Virus record (IMG/VR): IMGVR_UViG_3300042908_001089
Span: 1 to 55,042 of that record
Direction: 5' to 3' (one strand)
Length of the DNA stretch: 55,042 nt
From: a virus
Lineage: Duplodnaviria; Caudoviricetes
Shown here: positions 18,892-28,444 of the stretch, piece after piece
Position numbering within the stretch: the stretch's first letter is position 1
Layout: each line of letters opens with the position of its first letter
Program-made: the position numbers and the translations under genes
The notes under the pieces: model-generated
The model's database searches: none
What the model was told of the DNA's origin: nothing
Seen by the model: the letters and a program-made list of their open reading frames with translations, nothing else

Positions 18892-21800
18892 TTATGCAGT
18901 AACAATACATTTAAAATAAAAACCGTGAGGGTAAACATAACGGGGACTAACAATTTCTGATAGAGGTCGAACTTGATCTATAGTTGTTACTTGAGTTCTG
19001 TCTATAACAATTCTATCTACATAGTAAGGAGTAAGTGTTAAAGTAACTGAGCCATCTTGATTATAAGTTAATTCAAGATCGTCGTAACGAATTTGAATTG
19101 TGTCTAAAACACTATACATGTCATATAAAACTCTGTGGTTTATAGTGGGCATTGTTCCTTCTGTATCTACATTACAAAAAGAATCGGAGTTTAGTTGTTG
19201 TTTAAAAAGTTCAATATTTTGTGCTAGTTCTCTATCATACCATGCTGCAGATTTATATGCATCTGTAGCCATCGTTACGTTAGGGCCTTTTAAAACAATA
19301 AAAGTTACTACAAGACCATTTGGCCCATTTGTATAAATAGGTGCTAGTTGCTCAGGAACTTCTACACTTTGAGTTATGAAAGTATCATACTGTACTTCTT
19401 TTGACCAAACAGATGATCCGTAAGATTCTGAATTAGCTGTTACAAATCTTGGCATTTTGCTTTTATCATTTAAATCTGTCATCCCATCAAAGCATCCAAG
19501 AGAACCTAAAGCTGTATCACAAGTGCCTCCTGCAACCCAATTTAAATTTAAAATTCTGTAGGGGTATTGAGTGTTTTTGCTTTTTGATAACAATTCATAC
19601 AATCTAAAATCACCCCAATTATAGTCGTAGGGAGATGCACTTCCGTCAACCCATTGCCCCGGACTTAAAAACCCAAAAGGTTTTTTAGCATAAGGCCAAA
19701 CAGTAACACCTTCTACAAAGCTAGCTTGCAAATCGCTTTCGTCACAATCATAAGCATTAGTAACATTGGGCCTAAATGGCCCATAAATATAACGCTCTTC
19801 TCTATTTCCGGGAGAACCGCTTCCACCAAAATCTACGCTATAAGCTCCATCTTTAAATCTTAATGCACCACCGATAACTCCTGACGTCCCTATAATTGTA
19901 CCTTGGGTATAAACCCCTAAATGAGGATCGTTGTAACCTAGTTTGCTGTATGCTAACCCTCCTACACTTGCCCATTCGTTAGAGTGGTTTGTTATAATTA
20001 ATTTAGTATTACAGCCCGGCGGAGTAATAAGACGAAAAGGGCTTAAATAGTCGTTGTCAATTTTACTTTCTTCTCCTATAGGGCTTATGTAAGGAAAGTA
20101 AACGCAACCATCACTTCCGTATAATCCCCCAAAATCTAAACAAGTTTTGTAAGTTACTAATGGTAACTCTATGTAAGGGCATTCTAAATCTTGATTTGTA
20201 AACCGATGATAAGCACTTCCTGTAAAAGATTCTTGAAGAGAACTTACGGTAATTGTGCCAGGAGGAGAACTTGGTTCTGTAGAAGTTACTTGCATTTGAA
20301 CAATAAGGTCATCATAAAAAGTTGTGGTATCTAAATACTGCATATTAGCTTCAAGGGTGTAGTATTGCCTGTCGTATTCTTTTTTAAAAGTTTCTGGATC
20401 TCGCCATTCTCCATAAACTAAAGTAAGGTTTTCTGGAGTCCCTACAGCTCCAACAAACCCTACACGATAAAATAAGTCTGTATATTTTGAACTTATAGTT
20501 TTAGGTTCAAACCATGGAACTCCGCCAGAAGGGCCAACATTGTCTAAATACTCTTTGTAAATAGGACTAGAGGGAAACACATGAGCTACATTCCATTTAG
20601 GGCTTCCTGAAGACATATCTGCATTATAAGCCCATCGCATGTTATTTCTTCCGGAAGCTTTGATTAAAGTTTTTTCTACAGTTACAAAAAGATGTTTAGG
20701 GTAAATGCCATTAGGAAAGTCTGCAATCTGTTTTACAAATTCAGTACGATACCCTGTTGGTTTACTTATATCTTCAACAAGTCTTGTTTCTAAAAAACTT
20801 TCTGGAAGCTTAGGGCAATATAATCTAGCTGTAGAAGGGTGCTCTTCCACAGGTTTATCTTTAAGACTGTAACGAACTTGAACTTTGTAAAACGGTGGAG
20901 AGTAATAAGGTTTATAAACAACACAAGTAGCGTTAGCCGTTTGTGTATCTCTAACTCCGTTGTTTGAACAATACATTGGGAAAGATATTTTTCCACAAGT
21001 AGACAAAGATCTATATCTAGATGGTGTAGTCCAAGGGCAATTCCAACGACCAAAAAGTTTTAAAAGAATTGGTGCTTTTTCTGGTTGTCTTTTGTTAAGA
21101 AAATATTTTGTTTTCTTATTAGTAGCATAATATAACGCTTGAAAAGTTTCTCTTTTTATAGCAGTCATCCAGCTTACATCATGAGTAGATGTATAGTCTG
21201 CTGCAGAAGACGGTTGTAATTTTGTAGTTCGCATACCATTAGTTTTGTAAGTTTTCATATAAGGCCCTTTAGCGGGCTTTACTCTTGCATCGTAATGCCA
21301 ATATTTAAATCCGGGTTCATTAACAGGATCGTAGTTTGCCCATACTAAACTTGGGTCATACTGTTCAGGTTGATCAGCAAAATAATCATCATCCCATTCA
21401 TAACCATCTAGTATTGTTGGATATTCAGCGGTTCCAAGAATAGGAGTATAACAAGGAGGATTGTATTGATCAAAACGAATACCAAGATTGTCGTTATAAG
21501 GGTATTCACAATCTAATTTAAAAAATGGAGCCATCTGGCGAATAGTTGTAGCTTGAAAAGGAGCGTCTAGTTGTACCGACTCTTGGGGAGGAACATAGTA
21601 ACCCCGCTTAGAACAATACTCTGAATATAAGTTCTTACAAAGTACGGATAAGTTTTTATAGTAAGTCCAAGTTTGATCATCTTTTACAATCCATTCTCGA
21701 TAGCCTATAGTAGAAAGGTAATTGTAATTTTGCATTACCCTATAATCTTGTTTAGGATCTAAGAAATATTCATCTGGCCAGATATCGTATTGTAGAAATC

Positions 21801-22881
21801 GTGCCCAATCTCGGTCTTCATGCCAGCTCCACCAATCGCCTAAATCGTAGGCGGGTTCAAACTTTTCAAAGATATTCCAAAAGTCTCGTTCTTTAAAAGT
21901 ACCCCATTCGTTCTTGATTTCATCTAAATGAAAAATCATAGTTTTAAATGTGTTAGCTCCGGTAGAAGAATCTACTCCATCACAAAAATATAAAATTTGA
22001 ATCTCTCTACCACCGGGAGTTTTAGCTTTGCCTGTCCATACCATTTTTGGAACACAATCAATAGCTTTTAATTGAGTGTACTCACAAGGCGGGATATCTT
22101 TTACTAAGTCTAAGGGAGGTTGACGTGACCAAACCACTCCGGTGGGAGCACAGTTTTCTCGATAGTAGTACCCTAAGTAATGATAGCCTTCTCCGTTTAG
22201 ACCTTCTTTTATATCGTAAATATGACGAACGGCAGATATGGTTTGGGGAAGAGCGTGACTATCAAAAGTTCTGTCTCTTCGGAGCTCTACGGTAAACTTA
22301 TCAACATAGCGTTTGTCTTCTGCTAAAGAACCGCCTACAGCCTCTAATAATTTTTTTAACGGAAAACTAAATTTAGCAAAAGACGGGCCATCGTTTTTAA
22401 AAAATATTAAATTAGGATTTAAAACAGGGCAAAAAATATCATAAGGTATAATACCATTCCTACTAAAAACTCTAGATTTTACGCAACCTTGTTGCCCTCC
22501 TGAGGCGGATTGGTATTGCATTTCATAAGAGTGCAATGCTCCTAGCCTTCCTTCTTGTGGTCGTAAGCAGGGGTATAAGTTTCCTAAAGTTCGATCTACA
22601 AAAAAGTCTGCGTAGACTACATCTGGAATGTCGTTAAGGTTATTGCAGCAAGATTGAACGATGGGATCGCAATTGCAATCGTTAGGGTTAATCTTTTGGG
22701 TTTGTATTTGGAAGGCAAAGTTATCTTCGGGTAACCGAATGCGGGTATGTTCTGTTCGCCAGTTTGTCATATGTTCTAGTGGAGCAGGACAAACTCCACT
22801 AGACGGATTTTTTGATTCGTCACAGTCACAACAGTTGTCTTCTAGCTTGTTATCTATTCGCCTATTAAGATCGTCAGGCAT
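18892..22881 (-). CDS. Large Cys/Tyr/Trp-rich hypothetical protein (putative tail-tip component)
   Basis: 1329-aa ORF in the tail region, N-terminal CC/CxC clusters. Confidence 0.65.
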   Translation of the reverse strand: MPDDLNRRIDNKLEDNCCDCDESKNPSSGVCPAPLEHMTNWRTEHTRIRLPEDNFAFQIQTQKINPNDCNCDPIVQSCCNNLNDIPDVVYADFFVDRTLGNLYPCLRPQEGRLGALHSYEMQYQSASGGQQGCVKSRVFSRNGIIPYDIFCPVLNPNLIFFKNDGPSFAKFSFPLKKLLEAVGGSLAEDKRYVDKFTVELRRDRTFDSHALPQTISAVRHIYDIKEGLNGEGYHYLGYYYRENCAPTGVVWSRQPPLDLVKDIPPCEYTQLKAIDCVPKMVWTGKAKTPGGREIQILYFCDGVDSSTGANTFKTMIFHLDEIKNEWGTFKERDFWNIFEKFEPAYDLGDWWSWHEDRDWARFLQYDIWPDEYFLDPKQDYRVMQNYNYLSTIGYREWIVKDDQTWTYYKNLSVLCKNLYSEYCSKRGYYVPPQESVQLDAPFQATTIRQMAPFFKLDCEYPYNDNLGIRFDQYNPPCYTPILGTAEYPTILDGYEWDDDYFADQPEQYDPSLVWANYDPVNEPGFKYWHYDARVKPAKGPYMKTYKTNGMRTTKLQPSSAADYTSTHDVSWMTAIKRETFQALYYATNKKTKYFLNKRQPEKAPILLKLFGRWNCPWTTPSRYRSLSTCGKISFPMYCSNNGVRDTQTANATCVVYKPYYSPPFYKVQVRYSLKDKPVEEHPSTARLYCPKLPESFLETRLVEDISKPTGYRTEFVKQIADFPNGIYPKHLFVTVEKTLIKASGRNNMRWAYNADMSSGSPKWNVAHVFPSSPIYKEYLDNVGPSGGVPWFEPKTISSKYTDLFYRVGFVGAVGTPENLTLVYGEWRDPETFKKEYDRQYYTLEANMQYLDTTTFYDDLIVQMQVTSTEPSSPPGTITVSSLQESFTGSAYHRFTNQDLECPYIELPLVTYKTCLDFGGLYGSDGCVYFPYISPIGEESKIDNDYLSPFRLITPPGCNTKLIITNHSNEWASVGGLAYSKLGYNDPHLGVYTQGTIIGTSGVIGGALRFKDGAYSVDFGGSGSPGNREERYIYGPFRPNVTNAYDCDESDLQASFVEGVTVWPYAKKPFGFLSPGQWVDGSASPYDYNWGDFRLYELLSKSKNTQYPYRILNLNWVAGGTCDTALGSLGCFDGMTDLNDKSKMPRFVTANSESYGSSVWSKEVQYDTFITQSVEVPEQLAPIYTNGPNGLVVTFIVLKGPNVTMATDAYKSAAWYDRELAQNIELFKQQLNSDSFCNVDTEGTMPTINHRVLYDMYSVLDTIQIRYDDLELTYNQDGSVTLTLTPYYVDRIVIDRTQVTTIDQVRPLSEIVSPRYVYPHGFYFKCIVTA

Positions 22882-22896
22882 TACATCGGTCTTTCT

Positions 22897-24354
22897 TTAA
22901 AAAATACCGCCATCAAAAATGTTACTAAAGAAAGGAACTCCAGTAGCATTTTGAATTAATACAGAACCATCTACATTGGATTTAGGTACAGCAGTAACAG
23001 GAGAGCTTCCGTTACCAACTAACACCCCTAAGTTTCCTAAGAAGGTTGATCCTGTTCCGCCGTAAGCAACTCCAACAGGAGCTGTAGTAGATTTCCATTC
23101 GCCTGCCGTAATAGTTCCTACAGTTGTAATGCTAGCTTGGCCTTTATAAGTGCTTGCTAAACTGATAACAGGATTGCCCGAAACACCCGAACCGTTGGTG
23201 ACGGTGATCTGATCTGTAGTTCCTGTTATGGTTACAGAAGTTAAAGTGTTAGATGCTGTTCTAGTTACTAATCCGTTTGATGCTAAGTTATGAAAAGCTA
23301 ATGCTTGACCTGTAAGCTCAATGTTGTCTGCATTAACAGCAATGCCTGCACCACCAATTACATCCAAGATGTTTCCGGTTTTTACTAAGCCTTGACCCGC
23401 GTTAAGTAAACCAGCAGTAGAAAATATTACCCATTCTTGGTTTGAAACACCGGGTATAATTGTTCCTGTGCTAGTAAGAACAAAAGAAGTGTTACCATTA
23501 ATTTGACCTGAAGTTACAAATACAAAACTTCCAGACTGTAATTCTCCTGCGTTGTCTGCGTCTGTAGCTCGAACCCAATTAGTTGCTTTTACAACATAGA
23601 TACCGTTAGCTATAGAGCTGCTTTGGCTTTTAACTAATACTCTGTCTTCTAAAGCTACAACGATTCCATCTATAGTTTGAACATTAAATAAATTAATATT
23701 AGATAAGGTCGCTACAACTACTGGCGTATGTACAGTAAGGCCTTGTGATAAGCCATCTACATATTGTTTATTTACTACATGAAGAGGTGAAGTTGGATTT
23801 GGAATATTGGTAAGCGTGTAAGTTCCACCTAAGTCTATATTGGCTGTAGGGGCTGCAAGGGTATTTAAAGGAATAGAGGATACTGGAATATCTGACACGT
23901 CTAATGCACGAAAGGAAGGAGTGCCAGTAGCAGACGTAGGAGAAGAGAAAACAAGATTTTTGTTTTGAGCTTGCAAAGAGATTGCAATAGTACCTACACC
24001 TGTGCTGTTTCCAGAAGTTCCTGTAATAGGATTACCACTTACCGTAAACCCTGAGGGTACGGTAACAGATACGGAATTAACACCAGGACTTGAAGGGGCA
24101 GCCCATTCAATAGCGGTAGCTGTGGAGTTAAGCCTAAGAATTTTTAAAGCGTTGCTGGTGTAGTCGGGTAGCGTAGCTCCGGGGCCCGTGATGGGAATCA
24201 CGTTGGTAGATAAGCCTGTGCCGTCATCACCTATACCTATGTAAAGAAGGCGATCATTTTCATTAAAGGCAAGTTCAGCGTTTAATAGGCCGGTAGGGGA
24301 GCCTGCACCAGCACCACCAAGTAATCTTCTTTTAATTCTAAGTCTAGTTGCCAT
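22897..24354 (-). CDS. Tail fibre protein
   Basis: MATRLRIKRR..ELAFN, VNKQYVD, RVLVKSQ..NGIY domain, DGGIF end. Confidence 0.82.
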   Translation of the reverse strand: MATRLRIKRRLLGGAGAGSPTGLLNAELAFNENDRLLYIGIGDDGTGLSTNVIPITGPGATLPDYTSNALKILRLNSTATAIEWAAPSSPGVNSVSVTVPSGFTVSGNPITGTSGNSTGVGTIAISLQAQNKNLVFSSPTSATGTPSFRALDVSDIPVSSIPLNTLAAPTANIDLGGTYTLTNIPNPTSPLHVVNKQYVDGLSQGLTVHTPVVVATLSNINLFNVQTIDGIVVALEDRVLVKSQSSSIANGIYVVKATNWVRATDADNAGELQSGSFVFVTSGQINGNTSFVLTSTGTIIPGVSNQEWVIFSTAGLLNAGQGLVKTGNILDVIGGAGIAVNADNIELTGQALAFHNLASNGLVTRTASNTLTSVTITGTTDQITVTNGSGVSGNPVISLASTYKGQASITTVGTITAGEWKSTTAPVGVAYGGTGSTFLGNLGVLVGNGSSPVTAVPKSNVDGSVLIQNATGVPFFSNIFDGGIF

Positions 24355-24680
24355 TAGAAATTACCTCCGTTGTACACATCGTTTGATGTCCATTTGTTTG
24401 TGTTAGGATTATATTTGAAATAGTGTTCGTCACTACTATTCATTGCGGCCAAATCCACATCTAACAAAAGAGCTAAGTAATTAGGAGAACCCCCAGCAGG
24501 GCCTTGTGGGCCAACAGGGCCGACAGGCCCAGTATTTCCTGTGCTTCCTTTTTCGCCTTGTAGGCCAACACTATTTACCGTAATTGAATAGGATTCTTGT
24601 TGTACTACTACATGGTATGCTTCGGTAGAAAGCTGTACAACAGGAGGGCCAGCCGGTAGTGAGTTTGCATCAAAAGTCAT
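24354..24680 (-). CDS. Small collagen-like fibre/adaptor protein
   Basis: About 8 Gly-X-Y triplets; NGGNF end. Confidence 0.75.
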   Translation of the reverse strand: MTFDANSLPAGPPVVQLSTEAYHVVVQQESYSITVNSVGLQGEKGSTGNTGPVGPVGPQGPAGGSPNYLALLLDVDLAAMNSSDEHYFKYNPNTNKWTSNDVYNGGNF

Positions 24681-25072
24681 GGGTTGGTTACCGGTGAGGT
24701 TACTGTAAAGTTACCTTTTAATATTTCATAGTTTTCACTGGTCGGCGAAGTTATCACAAGGGCATAGATATAGCAACCCTCGGCAAAGTTTAAAGATGCA
24801 ACTGTAGGTATATTTAAAGCTATTTTCCCTAGTTCTGGTGTTATTAAGATTGAGCCTTGGCCTACTGTTATTACAGAATTAAGACGGTAAAGAAGTGCCC
24901 CTTGTGTTGCCGGATAAACAGGAGCAGAACGTATATCCATTTTGGCTGTGTAGTTAGACAACGATTGAATTTTTTTTCGAGCATCGGTGACCGTTACAGT
25001 CCATGCCCAGCTAATTCCTCGCGTCATTGAAAAAGCTACTTCATTACATCCGTCTACTTTAGCTGTGTTCAT
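24677..25072 (-). CDS. Putative fibre-attachment (BppU-N-like) protein
   Basis: RG..W..T..D...LSNYTAKMDIR...G.I.L...Y.Y.L...ILKG.FTV pattern; first gene of the fibre block. Confidence 0.55.
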   Translation of the reverse strand: MNTAKVDGCNEVAFSMTRGISWAWTVTVTDARKKIQSLSNYTAKMDIRSAPVYPATQGALLYRLNSVITVGQGSILITPELGKIALNIPTVASLNFAEGCYIYALVITSPTSENYEILKGNFTVTSPVTNP

Positions 25073-26349
25073 TTTGATCTCCAGTTTCGTTCTGGGTCTA
25101 ATTGAGAAATAAAGCCAAGCAGTTGATCTTTGTTTTCTATAACCGTGTTAACAAAAGTAGTTTCGTTTAAATCGTACTTAGCTTTTATTTGAAGTTGATG
25201 TGCTTCAAAAGTAATAGGGCGGTAGCAAAGATATAAATCTTCTGTAGTTTCGTTTCTTCGTATTTCAAACAAAGCAAAGCTTTCAATTTGAAAACAAGCA
25301 TTAGTCATAGAAAATGAGCCGTAGTGAGTATCTTCTAAGCAACGAACTTCTAATGTTGAAGCAAATGCTGAACACCGGACTTCAAATGTTTCCCAACAAC
25401 CTGGCTCAATTTTCATTAGAGAAAAACTTTTTTGCGAAGCCATTGGTGGGATGTTTAACAAAATAGGAGAAGATCGTATTACTGATTGAGGTGGAGCTGC
25501 GTTAGCTGTAGAAAGAGCTTTAGTGATTCTTCCTTGAGTGTTAATCCAAAGTTGTAAAGAGTTATCAGCAGTTTTAAACTGCGTACCTTGAGAGATACCG
25601 GAAAGCGTTGTTCCTGCTGAGCTGATAGTATCTTGAAGACGAATAGTTCCTTGAGCTGTAATTGGCCCTCCTGTAATACCGTTTTCAGTATCAAGGCGGG
25701 TTAGGCCAATAGAAGGTTCGACTTCTTCAAAGATAGGACAAATGTTTGTGATAACATCAATGTAAGCAGGGCCTCCTACACCAAAACCACCTAGGTTAAA
25801 ATAGAGCCAAGGGCCCCAACCAAAGTAAAGTTGCACCACAGTATCAATGTCTACATCGCGATTGTTAAGTTCGTAAGCAGGCCAATAGTATTGAGGTTCT
25901 TCTAAACGATCTGCAGAGCCTGCCATAGTAGGACTTAAAACTAAATCATCACCAATAGGATCGTAAAGACTCCCATCTTGTTCATACATTTGTCGCCAAC
26001 TATATTTATGAATGATTGTACTTGTAGGAGTACAACCGCTTCCACTTCCCGAAGTTCCCGAAGCACCAGAACTATTGTCTGGACAGTTGTTAGCTCCGGA
26101 GCCTGAGCCTGAGCCCGAACCTGATAAAGGGGTTTCGGTTACCTCAATTTTTTTTGTAATCTTAGCATAAATAAACGGTCTAGGATTTTCGTGAGCGTGA
26201 AAAGCTCCTGCACTACTTCGTAAAGAATGAACACCTGTTCCGGTTGTTTGAGCACTCAGGTTATTAGTTGTTTGAGCTATGCGTGTTAAATCGGAAGCTA
26301 AAATAGTATCCCCAGCGTTGTACGTTGGGAAAGGAGTTTCTCTTGCCAT
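25069..26349 (-). CDS. Putative tail-tip protein
   Basis: Second gene after the tape measure; SG-rich linker; PAYELN motif. Confidence 0.55.
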   Translation of the reverse strand: MARETPFPTYNAGDTILASDLTRIAQTTNNLSAQTTGTGVHSLRSSAGAFHAHENPRPFIYAKITKKIEVTETPLSGSGSGSGSGANNCPDNSSGASGTSGSGSGCTPTSTIIHKYSWRQMYEQDGSLYDPIGDDLVLSPTMAGSADRLEEPQYYWPAYELNNRDVDIDTVVQLYFGWGPWLYFNLGGFGVGGPAYIDVITNICPIFEEVEPSIGLTRLDTENGITGGPITAQGTIRLQDTISSAGTTLSGISQGTQFKTADNSLQLWINTQGRITKALSTANAAPPQSVIRSSPILLNIPPMASQKSFSLMKIEPGCWETFEVRCSAFASTLEVRCLEDTHYGSFSMTNACFQIESFALFEIRRNETTEDLYLCYRPITFEAHQLQIKAKYDLNETTFVNTVIENKDQLLGFISQLDPERNWRSK

Positions 26350-26350
26350 T

Positions 26351-28423
26351 TTATTTCCTCAAACGGTTATTAGGGGTTTTAGCTTTAGTGATAGTAGGTG
26401 TTACAAAGTTAGGCTGTTGAGCATCGTTAATCGTAGTTGAAAACTCTCTATGAGTGTGAGATACAACTAGACTAGGGCTTTGTCCGGATACAGGAGTTGT
26501 CGGGTTTATCGCAGGATGAGTTGGAAGAAGAGGCCCTAAACTGCAAGTATTGTTTGTATTAGCTGGAGCATAAAATAGTTTGTGAAAATCACTTGATAAA
26601 TAAACGGGCCTTCCAGTAGGACAACCATCGTGAGTTATTAGTTCGTAATCAAACAACGCTGTGTTTTTTGCTGGATCACACTTTTCATTTTTTTCTAAAG
26701 ATCCAGAAAGCGTACAAGTTTGATAAGTTGTACCAGAAAAGGGATTAGAAGTACTTGTTGTAGTAGTTGTAGTAACTCCGTCTACGGTTGTTGTTTTCTT
26801 TACATCATTAGTTGTTTTGCCTGTTACATTAACAAACATATATTTTAAAAAGTAGTTATGCCCTTTAGCTTGTTTTTGACAAGTTTTTCTATCTCTGGCT
26901 GCAGGGTTACAAGGGTGAGAGGCTATTGTAGTAACTTTACTAGAATAGGCAGGGTCTAAAGAACCGTCAGATAACATTTCCGTAGCATGAAAATATTTGA
27001 ATTTATAATTAATATCATATACACGACGAGAAAAAAAATGTTTGTAAGGTTTAATTTCTACATTAGTAAGCAATAATGTCCCTGGAGCAGCCCACAATCT
27101 TTGATTTAAATTTACGTCTGTTTGAGCATCGGATATTGCAAGATGACTAATAGGAAACCAATCATCATTTACAGAACCAATAGCTGACTTTACTGCGTCA
27201 GGTATAAATGGAACTCTATGCCAGCTTAAAAGAATTTCTTCTTGAGCTATCAACCTCATATTACTTCCTTGGACTACATATCTTTTTTCAGGGTCTGCAT
27301 CAACATAACGATATGCACCAAAAGGAAGACTTAAGAATTCCGCAGTAGGCATTCTAAAAAAAGTTGTATTAACATCATGAGCTAATTCGTCTTGTCCTAA
27401 ATTGGAAGATGCTTTTAAACTAGATACAATCCTGTAGGGTAAGTTTTCAAAGCTAACGGTTATTCTTGCAATCTTATATTTACATAAAGCCAAAGGATCT
27501 ACATTGCCGTTTGCTAATACAAGGTCTACAAGAGATCCCTCAGGGTAAGCACCTTTAACTTGAGCATTGTTAGTAGCTTGTACTCGGGTAGGAAGGCCTT
27601 TTGATAGAGCATTAAAATTACTTTTAATTAACTTTTTGTTTTCTTTTTTAATTTCGTTTAAGTAAGTTTTATATTCTTCTTTTTTTTCTTCTGCTTCTTT
27701 TTTGCTTTCTCTGATTATCTTTTTTTCTTCGTTTTTTAATTCTCGAATTACATCTTTGTATACAACAGCGACATCGTGTTTACTCATTTCTTCTCTTATA
27801 AAACGCAATCGTTGTAGCGTAGAATCTTTGTTTTGATAAAAATTTTGACTGTCTTCGCTTTTAATGCGTCGAGAAGGTTTTCTTTTTTCTGAAGAAAATT
27901 CAGATGCTATATTGTATTCGGGAGGTTCAGTATTTATTACGGTTTGAGCATTAGATAAAGGTTTGTTTGCGTTAGTGATATCCCCAAATAGTTGTTCTTT
28001 GGTTAAGCCAACATACAAACTGTCTTTTCCGTCAAAACCTACACCCTCCACAGAATCTATGCTGCTTGCAAACAACCAAGGGTTTTCAAGGCTTCCTTCG
28101 GTAAATTGAGCATCATTTCCTCTATCGTAGATAGAAGTGAAATCTCGTACTGAGTATCCTGTAGGGAGCCTTCTTGCTATTTTATCTGCTCCGGTAGTTC
28201 CTACATCGCCTATCATTGCGTACATAAAATGCCAACGAAGATGCCATGGCACATCAAATACGCGTCTTACTCTAAAGACAGCATTTTGAAAAGTTTCTTG
28301 GGGTGATCCTGGTCTTTCTGCAAAAGGAATATAGTCTATAGTTTTTCCTAATAACAACATAGGAGCTATGTAAGGTTCTGTATCGCCTGCTCTAGTCGGT
28401 TGTTTAAATGGAAGTAAAGACAT
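26351..28423 (-). CDS. Putative distal tail / hub protein
   Basis: Directly after the tape measure; beta-rich with a charged helical insertion. Confidence 0.55.
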   Translation of the reverse strand: MSLLPFKQPTRAGDTEPYIAPMLLLGKTIDYIPFAERPGSPQETFQNAVFRVRRVFDVPWHLRWHFMYAMIGDVGTTGADKIARRLPTGYSVRDFTSIYDRGNDAQFTEGSLENPWLFASSIDSVEGVGFDGKDSLYVGLTKEQLFGDITNANKPLSNAQTVINTEPPEYNIASEFSSEKRKPSRRIKSEDSQNFYQNKDSTLQRLRFIREEMSKHDVAVVYKDVIRELKNEEKKIIRESKKEAEEKKEEYKTYLNEIKKENKKLIKSNFNALSKGLPTRVQATNNAQVKGAYPEGSLVDLVLANGNVDPLALCKYKIARITVSFENLPYRIVSSLKASSNLGQDELAHDVNTTFFRMPTAEFLSLPFGAYRYVDADPEKRYVVQGSNMRLIAQEEILLSWHRVPFIPDAVKSAIGSVNDDWFPISHLAISDAQTDVNLNQRLWAAPGTLLLTNVEIKPYKHFFSRRVYDINYKFKYFHATEMLSDGSLDPAYSSKVTTIASHPCNPAARDRKTCQKQAKGHNYFLKYMFVNVTGKTTNDVKKTTTVDGVTTTTTTSTSNPFSGTTYQTCTLSGSLEKNEKCDPAKNTALFDYELITHDGCPTGRPVYLSSDFHKLFYAPANTNNTCSLGPLLPTHPAINPTTPVSGQSPSLVVSHTHREFSTTINDAQQPNFVTPTITKAKTPNNRLRK

Positions 28424-28444
28424 GATTGGATTCCTTGGATTTTA

